Assembly (NCBI GenBank): GCA_040396875.1 | Contig: JBBAWZ010000001.1 | Coordinates: 174,198-238,197 of the forward strand | Reading direction: 5' to 3' | DNA: 64,000 bases | Source: Bacilli bacterium | GTDB lineage: Bacteria > Bacillota_I > Bacilli_A > RFN20 > CAG-826 | Shown here: one piece after another, positions 29,608-39,219 of the stretch | Numbering within the stretch: the first letter of the stretch is position 1 | Layout of the letters: each line of letters begins with the position of its first letter | The notes under the pieces: model-generated | What the model was told of the DNA's origin: nothing | Database searches by the model: none | Seen by the model: only the letters and a program-made list of their open reading frames with translations | Made by a program: the position numbers and the translations under genes

Positions 29608-31320
29608 TTTGCCTTGTTGAGGAACGATTAACTTCTTAAGTAAATTGGTGGCTTCTTGATTAGCTTTTTCAAATTTACCTTCAAAAAATGCTTGTTCTGC
29701 TAAAGCGATTATTTTTTGATTATCCGTGGTACGATGCCGATCTTTATTTGCAGTTAATAAGAGTTTTTCTGTTTCAAGTGCCAATTTAATCGTCGCATGA
29801 ATGCGTTGAACCAAAGCTTGACCTTCTTGTTTAACCAGCATTAAGTTTTGTTGGACAACATTCATATCAATCGGTAACAAACTTAATGCATCCACGATTT
29901 GTTTTAAATTTTGATAAAACGTCGTTAATTGATTGTCATATTGTTCGGTTAGAATTTGCATATTTAAGTCATCTAGTGCTTTTTCTGCATCTTTGAATTG
30001 TAAAAAATATTGGTTTACGGAAGCATATGCTTCTTGAGAATGGGTCTTTAAGGAAGCAAGATAACGGGTGAATTCGTCAAGTTTTCTTTCACCAATATCG
30101 GCCTCTTTTTTTAAAATATTGATCTTATCAACTTGAAGCGTATAGGGTTGCTTCGTACCTGCCAAGACGAGGGTATCTAAGCCTCTTTTGGTTAAATTTA
30201 GTCGAGAGATTAGTTCTTTAATGGATTCAACCTCTGAAAGACGTTGATGTTCAAGAACATAGATTTCCTTAATCTTAGGGAGACCAGAATTTAATTTGGA
30301 AAAACGGCGTTCTAAATTATTAACAGCGTCATAGGTTGATTCATAATCCTTATCAAAGGTAACTTTTGCTTCTTTTTCTTTTTCAAATAAAGGGTAAAAA
30401 CTTTCTAATTTTTCGCCAATTGAATTGAGTAAAACTTCCATGCCGTATATATCAAAGACGGTAATCCGTGTTTGCATTTTTTCAAGTTCATCTTTTGCCT
30501 TTGAAATCGTATCTTTAATCAATAAATGGTGTAAGGGATACCCTTGTTTTTGCATGGTATCTGACGTGTCCAATAAGGCTTTGATTTTTTCTGGAATGAC
30601 ACTCGCTAACAAAACACAAATTCTTGGTAACTCATTCATCAGACCTAAAATCTTTTTGATAGCCTTGGTCATTTTGGCGATCATTTGTTGAATGTCATCG
30701 TACTCGCCAGCATCCATTTTTTGGTCGATAAAATTAACTTGATCATCCACGTATTTAAATAAATTATTAAATTGAGTCTCCACCAAACTGAGCTGATTTA
30801 TTTTTCCAAAATATTCACTTCGAAGGTGACGAATGAGTTCTTTGACTTCTGCGATTAAAACCTTGGTGTCTTCTTCAGGTTTCATAATCATCGTCAACTC
30901 TTGCATTAACTTTTTAACAGCACTTTCAAACACATCCAAGGTGATGCGAGTTGGTTGATAGAGAGCATTAAAAGCTTTTCCTTCATTATCTTTTACATAT
31001 TGGGATAGTTTATGAAGTTGATCTTTGGCTTTGTTGTCCAATTCATTCTTGATCATATCGTAGGTTTTAGAAATGCCATCAAAATAGCTAAAATACTCAA
31101 GATTATGCTTAGAAATCTTTTCTAAACGTTGATAAATCGCTGCTGCCTGAACAAAAAAAAGCGCGTGAGTATCTTGATATCTTTTTTCTAATTCTTGAAA
31201 TGGTTTTTTAATAAATAACATATCGATGGATAGTTTCAATATAGCATATTCATTTAACTTGCGATGATTGACATCAATGCCACCTTTTTGTATAGTATGA
31301 AGGCATGTCAAAGCATGCAT
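29605..31320 (-). CDS. EzrA-like coiled-coil septation-ring regulator homologue (no N-terminal TM segment)
   Basis: About 540-571 aa, helical and rich in K/E/Q/L. The layout resembles EzrA (internal QGYPL, a C-terminal NKDRHR patch similar to GNRYR). The start is uncertain: 31320 (track) or 31221 (MLFIKKPFQ). Confidence 0.6.
   Translation of the reverse strand: MHALTCLHTIQKGGIDVNHRKLNEYAILKLSIDMLFIKKPFQELEKRYQDTHALFFVQAAAIYQRLEKISKHNLEYFSYFDGISKTYDMIKNELDNKAKDQLHKLSQYVKDNEGKAFNALYQPTRITLDVFESAVKKLMQELTMIMKPEEDTKVLIAEVKELIRHLRSEYFGKINQLSLVETQFNNLFKYVDDQVNFIDQKMDAGEYDDIQQMIAKMTKAIKKILGLMNELPRICVLLASVIPEKIKALLDTSDTMQKQGYPLHHLLIKDTISKAKDELEKMQTRITVFDIYGMEVLLNSIGEKLESFYPLFEKEKEAKVTFDKDYESTYDAVNNLERRFSKLNSGLPKIKEIYVLEHQRLSEVESIKELISRLNLTKRGLDTLVLAGTKQPYTLQVDKINILKKEADIGERKLDEFTRYLASLKTHSQEAYASVNQYFLQFKDAEKALDDLNMQILTEQYDNQLTTFYQNLKQIVDALSLLPIDMNVVQQNLMLVKQEGQALVQRIHATIKLALETEKLLLTANKDRHRTTDNQKIIALAEQAFFEGKFEKANQEATNLLKKLIVPQQGK
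31268..31296 (+). promoter_or_regulatory. promoter for rpsD (TTGACA-17-TATAGT, with TG at -15/-14)
   Basis: TTGACA lies at 31268-31273 and TGTATAGT at 31289-31296. It lies inside the 5' end of the longest ezrA-like ORF on the other strand. Confidence 0.6.
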
Positions 31321-31455
31321 ATACCGCTTGTCCGACCGCTAAGACCAATGGAACAAAGTAACCTGAGCTTAAAGGCGAAATGATTCTTAGCATCCGAAGC
31401 GTGGAGTGTGCACCTAGCTTTATGTCTGCAATAAAGAAAGGAGATTATATATCTC
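31303..31455 (+). promoter_or_regulatory. structured 5' leader of rpsD (candidate S4 autoregulatory leader)
   Basis: This ~150-nt segment is locally GC-rich (CCGCTTGTCCGACCGCTAAGACC..., GCATCCGAAGCGTGGAGTGTGC) within an AT-rich genome. It ends in the SD AAAGGAG. S4-binding rpsD leaders are known in Bacilli. I did not verify a fold. Confidence 0.4.
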
Positions 31456-32061
31456 ATGAGATTTAGAGGTTCAGATTGGAAACGTTCGCGTCGTTTAGGA
31501 TTTTCGACTTTAGAAACAGGTAAGGAATTAGCAAAACGTCCTTATGGTCCTGGTCAACACGGTCAAGGCCGCAAAAAGAAACCTTCAGAATACGGAAAAC
31601 AACTTTTAGAAAAACAAAAGTTACGATTCACCTACGGCGTCAATGAACGTCAATTCCGTCGTCTATTCTTGATCGCCTTAAAGTCTAAAGAAGTTACCGG
31701 TACGCGCTTTATGCAAATTCTTGAATCGCGTTTAGACAATCTTGTCTTCCGTTTAGGATTTGCAAAAACCCGTAAAGCTGCACGTCAATTGGTCAACCAT
31801 GGTCACATCACTGTCAATGGCGCTAAGATTGACATTCCAAGTTATCTCTGCGAAGTTAACAATGTGATTGCCGTTGCTGAAAAGAGCAAGAACTTAGTGG
31901 CAATCAAGGCTTCACTTGCAAGTAACGCTGGAACCCTAGCCTATGTCACCGTTGATAAAGAAAAATTATCGGGTGTCTTTGCTCGTTTCCCAGAAAGAAA
32001 AGAATTACCACAAGACATTAACGAAGCGCAAATCGTTGAATACTATAACCGTTTGTTGTAA
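31456..32061 (+). CDS. rpsD: 30S ribosomal protein S4
   Basis: 201 aa with WKRSRRLGFS and an S4 RNA-binding domain (LESRLDNLVFRLGFAKTRKAARQLVNHGHITVNG). Confidence 0.95.
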   Translation: MRFRGSDWKRSRRLGFSTLETGKELAKRPYGPGQHGQGRKKKPSEYGKQLLEKQKLRFTYGVNERQFRRLFLIALKSKEVTGTRFMQILESRLDNLVFRLGFAKTRKAARQLVNHGHITVNGAKIDIPSYLCEVNNVIAVAEKSKNLVAIKASLASNAGTLAYVTVDKEKLSGVFARFPERKELPQDINEAQIVEYYNRLL

Positions 32062-32084
32062 TCATTCAATCCTTCAAACAAATA

Positions 32085-32116
32085 AAAAGCTTGGTATTGA
32101 TTACCAAGCTTTTTTT
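32085..32116. terminator. intrinsic terminator between convergent rpsD and tyrS
   Basis: AAAAGCTTGGTA-ttgat-TACCAAGCTTTT forms a 12-bp stem followed by TTTT. Confidence 0.75.
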
Positions 32117-32119
32117 ATC

Positions 32120-33373
32120 TTAAGATTGGAGTTCGATCAACACGTAGAGCTTTTTGCCGCGGCGTAAGACGATATATTTTCCAAAGAGAGCTTGTTCCTT
32201 TTTTAGCATATAGGTAAGTTGATTCATCGTTTCTCCATTGATGCTGATCGACTGACCTTGAATAAATTCCCTTGCTTCTCTTTTGCTCGAAGCCAAATTG
32301 GATTGTATGAGCGAATCTTCCAACAAGGTGCCTTGCGATAATTTGACTTTTAATCCACCTAAAACCGATAAGAGTTGAGTTTCACTTAAAGATTTAAATT
32401 GCCCATTAAACAAAACCTCTGACATCATTTTGGCTTCATTTAGGGCAGCAAGACTATGCAAAGAAGTCACAACGGATTCTGCTAAGCGTTTTTGTGCAAT
32501 TCTTTGACCCAAAGCAGCTTGATGATCTTTTTCAATTTGAGCAATACTTGGTAAATCGAAGAATGAAAAAACTTTCAAGTATGCAATTGCATCGAGATCA
32601 GAGACATTATAAAAATATTGGTAAATGTTATAAGGTGAGGTAAGTGAAGGATCTAAAAACAAAGCACCATCCTCAGATTTACCAAATTTTTTACCATCGC
32701 TACGTGTAATTAATGGCGTGGTAAAGACACCAGCTTTGGCATCCATTCCACCAATTTTTCTGATAAGTTCAAGGCCGCTTGTTAAATTGCCCCATTGATC
32801 AGATCCACCAAATTGTAATCGGCATTGAAATTGTTGATATAAATGTAAAAAGTCAATCGATTGTAACATCATGTAAGAGAACTCTGTGTAGGATAATCCT
32901 GTTTCTAATCGATTGGCAACAACATCTTTTGCAAGCATATAATTGATGGGAAAGTATTTTCCATAATCTCGAAGATAATCAATCATCGAAAGTTTACCTA
33001 ACCAATCAAAATTATTCACAACGATTCCTTTTTTAGGGTCGGAAAAATCCAGGTATCTTTCAAGTTGCTTTTTAATCGCTTGGGTATTCGCCTCAATAGA
33101 CGCTGCGTTCAATAAATTACGTTCTTTACTTTTTCCAGAAGGATCCCCAATCATGCCAGTCGCGCCGCCGACAACAGCAATAATCCGGTGACCTGCACGT
33201 TGTAATCTCATTAGAATCGAAATTTGTACGAAATTTCCAAGGTGCATCGAAATAGCAGATGGATCAAATCCGCAGTAAATAGTGGTAGGTGTATTTAATA
33301 AGTTACTGACTTCTTCAAGATTTGAAACATCCTTGATCAGTCCGCGTTGTTGTAAATCATGAAAGATATTCAT
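32120..33373 (-). CDS. tyrS: tyrosine--tRNA ligase
   Basis: 417 aa with a HIGH-type motif (MHLGNF), a KMSKS-type motif (KFGKS) and a C-terminal S4-like domain. Confidence 0.95.
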   Translation of the reverse strand: MNIFHDLQQRGLIKDVSNLEEVSNLLNTPTTIYCGFDPSAISMHLGNFVQISILMRLQRAGHRIIAVVGGATGMIGDPSGKSKERNLLNAASIEANTQAIKKQLERYLDFSDPKKGIVVNNFDWLGKLSMIDYLRDYGKYFPINYMLAKDVVANRLETGLSYTEFSYMMLQSIDFLHLYQQFQCRLQFGGSDQWGNLTSGLELIRKIGGMDAKAGVFTTPLITRSDGKKFGKSEDGALFLDPSLTSPYNIYQYFYNVSDLDAIAYLKVFSFFDLPSIAQIEKDHQAALGQRIAQKRLAESVVTSLHSLAALNEAKMMSEVLFNGQFKSLSETQLLSVLGGLKVKLSQGTLLEDSLIQSNLASSKREAREFIQGQSISINGETMNQLTYMLKKEQALFGKYIVLRRGKKLYVLIELQS

Positions 33374-33375
33374 AT

Positions 33376-34374
33376 TTAAAATAAGGTGCTCGCCCGTTTG
33401 ACGAAAGTCGATTCAAACTCGAGGTTCTTCTCCTTTTGTTCATCAGTGAACAAACCAGACAACATCGTGACAGCTGTCGATCCTACTTCTTTCAAATCCA
33501 AATGTAAACTTGAAAGCTGTGGACGAATGATGGAAACATATTTCGTACCGATGATCGATAACACTTCAACATCTTGTGGCACTCTTAAGCCCGAATCAAT
33601 CGCCGCATTAATGACTGCGGCAGCAAGTGAATCTCGATAGGCTAAAAAGTAACCAGATTTCGTTGATTTAAAAATTTCCATAAAATCAGCATAGGTTTGA
33701 CGATAGGAATCTTCGATTGAGAAGACACCGTAATTTTTCCCAGCCTTGATATGCGCATCAATAAAGGATTTTTCAATTCTTTCTAACAGGCGTCCTGAGT
33801 GATGTAAATGTAAGAAATACATCTTCTTACTTCCCTTTTTGAAATATTGTTGAATCACTTCTTTGATCTTCTTTTCATAATCAAAGTTAATGGACGCTAA
33901 TCGATCACCCTTGACTTGGTTATTGATGACAACAAGGGGGATTTTATAACTGGCAAGTTTATTGATATCTTCATTATCCAATTCGTCATCAAAAATAATC
34001 GCACCATCCACGTGTGAAGTGATAACCTTTTCAACAACTTGTAAGGCGTCTTCTTTGGATTTATTGGTGACGAAGAGAGTTAATTGATATCCTCTTAACT
34101 TTGCTTCATCCGTCATCCCATTTAACATGTTCGCGATGTAAACATAGTTGGCACTGGGAATGACAATCCCAATATTCGTGGTCTTATTCGTCGCTAAGGC
34201 TTGAGCTAATCGCGAAGGTTTATAGCCTAATCTAGCTATGGTTTCTTCGACTTTTTTACGCGTCTTTTCTGTGACATTTGAATTATTATTTATCACGCGT
34301 GAAACGGTTGCAAGCGATACTCCACTTGCGACTGCAACTTCATAAATCGTCACTCGGTCTTTCATGTTGTTCAT
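33376..34374 (-). CDS. LacI/CcpA-family transcriptional regulator
   Basis: 332 aa with an N-terminal HTH (VTIYEVAVASGVSLATVSRVINN) and a periplasmic-binding-protein-like core. Its stop is 2 nt from the tyrS start. Confidence 0.85.
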   Translation of the reverse strand: MNNMKDRVTIYEVAVASGVSLATVSRVINNNSNVTEKTRKKVEETIARLGYKPSRLAQALATNKTTNIGIVIPSANYVYIANMLNGMTDEAKLRGYQLTLFVTNKSKEDALQVVEKVITSHVDGAIIFDDELDNEDINKLASYKIPLVVINNQVKGDRLASINFDYEKKIKEVIQQYFKKGSKKMYFLHLHHSGRLLERIEKSFIDAHIKAGKNYGVFSIEDSYRQTYADFMEIFKSTKSGYFLAYRDSLAAAVINAAIDSGLRVPQDVEVLSIIGTKYVSIIRPQLSSLHLDLKEVGSTAVTMLSGLFTDEQKEKNLEFESTFVKRASTLF

Positions 34375-34393
34375 AATGATGAACCCCCTATGC

Positions 34394-34435
34394 TGAAAAC
34401 ACTTTCATTATAAATGAAAATTTACATTAAAACAA
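34394..34435 (-). promoter_or_regulatory. promoter (TTGTTT-17-TATAAT) with overlapping cre/LacI-type operator TGAAAGTGTTTTCA
   Basis: The minus strand reads TTGTTTtaatgtaaattttcattTATAATGAAAGTGTTTTCAGCATAGGGGGttcatcattATG. The operator half-sites TGAAA/TTTCA lie at 34394-34407, abut the -10 (34407-34412) and cover the expected TSS. Confidence 0.45.
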
Positions 34436-34459
34436 ATAAAAATATGTAATTTTTTTACA

Positions 34460-35557
34460 TTACTTTGAGGAAAAAGGAACGTCTTTTAAGCGCGTGGAGG
34501 GAATAAGACCACGACCAACTTTAGCCTCTGGCTTACCATTTAACATCACCAAATCACCAGTAAAGTTTGTACGTAAAGTTACAAGATATAAACCAACGCC
34601 ATATAAATTAACCGGGGCTTTTTCTTTTTCAAACCAGGATATTTTTTCTGGATTAAAACCTGATGATACGATAATTTGTACATACGTAAAACCTTCTAAA
34701 TCTAAAGCTTTTCTTAATCCATGAATGAGCCATGGATTAACACCGTGTGGATCACCTTGCTTGAGAGGATTTTTTTCAAAGAATCGATCGATTAAACTAC
34801 TAGAGGTATCGACCCTAACTGCTTTTAAACGTTCTTTAAATCTTCTAGCTACTTTTAAACTGTCAGTAATAACATCGTTATTATAATCAACGAGTGCGGT
34901 AATTTTTTCTTGAGGAAATTGTTCTCCATAATATTCACAGGCTTTGACGATGTCACCCTTGCACATTTGAATGAGGGCATGTGGCATGGTTCCCATCCCT
35001 TTACCACCCCACCAAGCCGCTTGCGCATCCGTACTGACTCGATCAATCCCCATGATAAATGAGGCATAACCATCCCCACTTTGAGTATGGTAGTCATCTT
35101 GGCGATCGGCCATTGAAAAAACAGGTTTTCCATTAGCCGCTTTTAAAACGTCTTTTGTATTCGTTGCAACAGAGGAACGTCTTGAAAGGATGCCATCAAT
35201 CGTGGATTCAAGGAATCCAAAATCTTCATAAGCGCCGGTGATGCGAAGGACAGGTTCTTTACTTTGAACTTCATCTCCATCTTGTAACGCTTCAATTCGT
35301 AAGTTTTCAGGATGATGTGCAAACGTATGAATTAGAGCAATCACCTCATCCAAACCGCATACGATTAAATTGGGTTGCCATTGGAAAAATTGCATGGTGA
35401 CAATTTGTTTTGGCATGAAACGTTCAATAATTGCTCGCGTCTTTAAAAAGTAATTGGCCGTGTAGAAACCTTGGCGAATCGATTCTGGAAATTGAAACGT
35501 CCGATTCGTTAAGCGTGCAATTTTTTTTGTCTTCTTAAGCTCGATTTCATTGACCAT
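34460..35557 (-). CDS. nicotinate phosphoribosyltransferase-family protein (short, ~365 aa type)
   Basis: GMGTMPHALIQ, VRVDTSS and GVG motifs of type II PRTases are present. I prefer the ATG at 35557 (GGAAAGGA SD upstream) over the track start at 35581. Confidence 0.7.
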   Translation of the reverse strand: MVNEIELKKTKKIARLTNRTFQFPESIRQGFYTANYFLKTRAIIERFMPKQIVTMQFFQWQPNLIVCGLDEVIALIHTFAHHPENLRIEALQDGDEVQSKEPVLRITGAYEDFGFLESTIDGILSRRSSVATNTKDVLKAANGKPVFSMADRQDDYHTQSGDGYASFIMGIDRVSTDAQAAWWGGKGMGTMPHALIQMCKGDIVKACEYYGEQFPQEKITALVDYNNDVITDSLKVARRFKERLKAVRVDTSSSLIDRFFEKNPLKQGDPHGVNPWLIHGLRKALDLEGFTYVQIIVSSGFNPEKISWFEKEKAPVNLYGVGLYLVTLRTNFTGDLVMLNGKPEAKVGRGLIPSTRLKDVPFSSK

Positions 35558-36146
35558 AAAAATCCTTTCCAATCGGGGCATCTTCTGGAAGAATGAAAAC
35601 CCCTACTTGTGTCTCAGGTGCGATGCCTAAGGTTTTTTGTGAACAAAACATCCCTTGAGATTTTTCCTTCATCATCAATCCCTCTTCAATGACTTGACCA
35701 TCAAGTAACATTGCACCAGGACGGGCAATAACAATACGATGCTTAGGTTTAACTTTGGTGGAGTTGGTGACAACTTGAATGGATACCGCTCCAAGATTAA
35801 CTTGGCAAATCCATAATGTGTCTGCATCTGGGTGGGCTTCAACGTTTGTAATTTCGCCAATCATAAAACCTGATTGAAAGTTGGGTAACACAAAAGAAAC
35901 ACCTTTTTTAGACAAGTGTTGATTTAAGGTATCGATATTTTGTTTTGAAAGTCTACGAATAATCCCCGATGATAGCATCGGCAATATTTTCAAGGGTTGT
36001 TGAACATTCAAACCAATCAATTGATCAAGATGATAAATCATGACGATATTGTCTTTAAGGACGTGATGCGTTGGTTGTAAAGATGGATTCAAATAAATCG
36101 CAAGTTGGTCCCCTAAGGTTAGAGGTTGATAGACATAATTAACCAT
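35547..36146 (-). CDS. YtpR-like tRNA-binding-domain protein
   Basis: C-terminal tRNA_bind OB fold (GEITNVEAHPDADTLWICQVNLG...QVVTNSTKV). The N-terminus resembles YtpR. I prefer the ATG at 36146. Confidence 0.7.
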   Translation of the reverse strand: MVNYVYQPLTLGDQLAIYLNPSLQPTHHVLKDNIVMIYHLDQLIGLNVQQPLKILPMLSSGIIRRLSKQNIDTLNQHLSKKGVSFVLPNFQSGFMIGEITNVEAHPDADTLWICQVNLGAVSIQVVTNSTKVKPKHRIVIARPGAMLLDGQVIEEGLMMKEKSQGMFCSQKTLGIAPETQVGVFILPEDAPIGKDFYGQ

Positions 36147-37227
36147 GATGATCTTCTTTCGCAAGGCTTAGAATCAGTTTGGTATTAAGTTGATTGAGCA
36201 TTTCCAATAAAGTGATTTTGCTCGCTTCAAAATCACGGGTATCCAAAATCGTTTGTGATGAATGAATACTTCGGGCGACGATACAATGCGTTAACGTCAT
36301 AATACCGGATAAATTTTTATGAACAGCCCCAGCATCGGTTCCGCCAGGCGAGGAATAATATTGAAAAGGAGCTTTAGCGTTCTTTGCCATTTGTTCTTGC
36401 CACGCTAATAAGGTTGGTCTTGCAATCATGGAAGCATCAATATAACGCAACAATAATCCGCCACCTAATTGACCTTGTTCACTAGCGTCACCACTTGAGT
36501 CGCGAGCTGGAGAACAATCTAAGACTATCGCTAAATCTGGGGCAATCATGGTAGAACTTGTCGTCGCACCTCTTAATCCCACTTCTTCTTGAACGGAAGC
36601 GCCAACATATAAATCAAAGGGTAATGACTTATTTTTTAATTCATTTAAAATTACTAAACCCATCACTAAACTATATCGATTATCAAAGGCTTTTCCTAAA
36701 ATTCTTGTGCCACCTTGTAATACAGAAAATGGAGTCGCATAAGTAACCATGTCTCCAGGTTTTACACCAAGTTTTTGCGCTTCATTCTTATTGGTAAATC
36801 CAAAATCTACATATACACTTTCTACTGTTGGAATGCCTTGTTGCACATCTTTAAGTAAATGAGGTGGGGTGGTATCAACAGCGCCTAAAAATACCTTGCC
36901 TTCTCGCGTTGTTAAATGCATGCGTTGGGAGGTTAAGGTTAAAGGATTGATGCCACCGATTGGGACAATTTTAATCATCCCATTACTTTGTATATGACTG
37001 ACCATAAATCCAACTTCATCCATATGCCCAAGAATTAAAACTTTCTTGGCATTAGGGGTGGTACTTTTCTTAACGGCAAACACACTACCTAAATGATCCG
37101 TTTGTGTTTGATAACCTAGAGATTGATATGCTTTTAATAAAAAAGATGCTACTTGATTTTCTTGACCAGAAATTGCATTTAATTCAGATAAGATCTTGAA
37201 GTGTTCTAATTCAAATGAATTGAGCAT
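36139..37227 (-). CDS. M42-family peptidase (paralogue 2, YtoP-like)
   Basis: 362 aa with GHMDEVGF, VQEEVGLRGA and GGTDAGA. It is adjacent to ytpR as in Bacillus. Confidence 0.85.
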   Translation of the reverse strand: MLNSFELEHFKILSELNAISGQENQVASFLLKAYQSLGYQTQTDHLGSVFAVKKSTTPNAKKVLILGHMDEVGFMVSHIQSNGMIKIVPIGGINPLTLTSQRMHLTTREGKVFLGAVDTTPPHLLKDVQQGIPTVESVYVDFGFTNKNEAQKLGVKPGDMVTYATPFSVLQGGTRILGKAFDNRYSLVMGLVILNELKNKSLPFDLYVGASVQEEVGLRGATTSSTMIAPDLAIVLDCSPARDSSGDASEQGQLGGGLLLRYIDASMIARPTLLAWQEQMAKNAKAPFQYYSSPGGTDAGAVHKNLSGIMTLTHCIVARSIHSSQTILDTRDFEASKITLLEMLNQLNTKLILSLAKEDHHG

Positions 37228-37229
37228 GA

Positions 37230-37850
37230 TTACTCCTTTTGGGCAATGAGTCGATAAATCGGTTCAGAGGCCTTACGAAAAAAACTTTCATATTCAGTCA
37301 TAATATCTGTTGATTCAACGGCAACATAGGGTTGTTGAATCTGAACTATATTATAAGACATTTGATTTAGATTCCCTATCGAAAACATAAACAAATCTAA
37401 GTTATCCGTCTTCATGATTATTCTTCCATGGGGTTTAAGAATACGTGTGATTTTTTCTAAATTACCCATCGCGGTTAATCGGCGTTTGTGATGTCTTAAT
37501 TTAGGCCAAGGATCAGAAAAATTTAAATAGATTTCATCAAAAAATGAATCAGGAATGGCGAATGATGCTTTGGCGAAATCACCTAAGATAAGTTTGATAT
37601 TCAATGGTTTCGTCAGCAATACTTTTTTTAAAGCAAAAGCAACGACAGTGGTGACGCGTTCGATGCCATAAAAAAATGTTTGAGGTTGTTGTAAACTTTT
37701 ACCGGCAATAAAGTCACCCTTACCTGTGCCGATTTCTAATGCATAATGTTGAAATCCAGTTTTTAAATCAATTGGATCTTGGTCGGTTTGAATCAGTTCA
37801 GGATGCTCGGAAATAAGAGGTTTAGCCCAGGGCTTACTTTTTAGGCGCAT
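37230..37850 (-). CDS. trmB: tRNA (guanine46-N7)-methyltransferase
   Basis: 206 aa with EIGTGKGDF and LNFSDPWPKLRHHKRR. Confidence 0.9.
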   Translation of the reverse strand: MRLKSKPWAKPLISEHPELIQTDQDPIDLKTGFQHYALEIGTGKGDFIAGKSLQQPQTFFYGIERVTTVVAFALKKVLLTKPLNIKLILGDFAKASFAIPDSFFDEIYLNFSDPWPKLRHHKRRLTAMGNLEKITRILKPHGRIIMKTDNLDLFMFSIGNLNQMSYNIVQIQQPYVAVESTDIMTEYESFFRKASEPIYRLIAQKE

Positions 37851-39207
37851 GCAGTTGGCCTAAATCAAAAATCGCCCTGGCATAAATTGCCATGGAGTTG
37901 GTGTAGTCTTCAAGATCAATTTTTTCATCATTTTCGTGAATGAAATCTTCTTTGGTTGGAAATTTGCTACCGAATGCAACTGTGTTTTTAGCTTCTTTTG
38001 CATACGTTCCTCCGCCGATCGTAATAATAGGAGTGACTTTATCACCCGTTTCATCTTGATAGGCTTTTAATAAGGTTTGAATCATCGGTGTCTTGGGATC
38101 AAACACAAGCATCGGCGAAATTGATAATGTTTTAAATTGTAAAGGGGCTGGGGTTTGCAACTTCATCTTTTTTTCCACTTCTTCATACTTCACGGATTCA
38201 GGATAACGATAGTTTGCGACTAAAGAAAAATGATGACCGTCATATGAAATCAGTCCAATATTATTGGTGGTTTCTTTGAGTAATGGAGCTTTGGCATCAA
38301 TGCCTAAATTTTTACCTGTAAAGTCTTCATATTGCTTGGCGAGTGTGTTTAAAGGTTCTTGTGGGAACGCTTTAGCTAAAAAGGATAATAAAGCAGTGCC
38401 AGCATTTTTACCTAATTGAGGTAAGGAACCGTGGGCAGCTTTTCCATGAAAGGTAATGGTCGTTTTTGACCCATTCACTTTGATTTCATGAGGAAAACCA
38501 AATTGGTTTAAAGCGCGTTCTAATGAAAATAAAGTATCGACAACGGCAACGGCCTTATCAATCACAGAATTGGCAACGATGCCAGCCTTTATCGAATGAA
38601 TGCCACGAAGATGGACGTGACCCAATATTTCAAAGTTACTGATACCTTTTTCTCCATAGATCAAAGGGAAATTACCATCTGGTGTAAATCCTGCCACAGC
38701 ATAAGGTTTCTTTAATTGATGGAAATAATATTTCAAACATCCACTGCCTTTTTCTTCATTGCCACCAATAACAAGCTTGACTTGAAAACCTTGAATCAAT
38801 TTTTTATCTTTTAACATTTTAATTGCATAATACGATGCTAATGCGGGACCTTTGTCATCACTCGTTCCTCGACCATACATCCGATCATTTTCAATCACAG
38901 CGCCAAAAGGAGGGTGTTTCCAACCCTCGGCAACTGGTACCACATCGCTATGAGCGTATACCGCAATTTGTGGGCCAGTTCCATACGTAATTTCGGTGAC
39001 GTGACCATCGCAATAATCAACTTTAAATCCATCTTTTTCAGCAAGTTTTCCAATAAATTGTAACGCTTGATAAACCGTTTCTCCATAGGGTTTACCTTTG
39101 GTAATCGTACGTTCATCATGGATGGAAGGAATTTGAATCCATCGTTGCAATTGTTGAATCGCTTCTTGATGATAAGTCTTTAGAAATTGAGAAAATTGTG
39201 ATGCCAT
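37834..39207 (-). CDS. M20-family dipeptidase (PepV/Sapep-like)
   Basis: 457 aa with AHSDVVP, YGRGTSDDKGP and GGNEEKGS. Confidence 0.85.
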   Translation of the reverse strand: MASQFSQFLKTYHQEAIQQLQRWIQIPSIHDERTITKGKPYGETVYQALQFIGKLAEKDGFKVDYCDGHVTEITYGTGPQIAVYAHSDVVPVAEGWKHPPFGAVIENDRMYGRGTSDDKGPALASYYAIKMLKDKKLIQGFQVKLVIGGNEEKGSGCLKYYFHQLKKPYAVAGFTPDGNFPLIYGEKGISNFEILGHVHLRGIHSIKAGIVANSVIDKAVAVVDTLFSLERALNQFGFPHEIKVNGSKTTITFHGKAAHGSLPQLGKNAGTALLSFLAKAFPQEPLNTLAKQYEDFTGKNLGIDAKAPLLKETTNNIGLISYDGHHFSLVANYRYPESVKYEEVEKKMKLQTPAPLQFKTLSISPMLVFDPKTPMIQTLLKAYQDETGDKVTPIITIGGGTYAKEAKNTVAFGSKFPTKEDFIHENDEKIDLEDYTNSMAIYARAIFDLGQLHAPKK

Positions 39208-39219
39208 GTTTGCATCCTC

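Noticed and set aside
34443-34460. ATGTAA-N6-TTACAT inverted repeat after the NAPRTase-like gene as a terminator
   Set aside because: The 6-bp stem has a single G-C pair and an all-T loop. It is too weak to call and is compatible with chance in AT-rich DNA.
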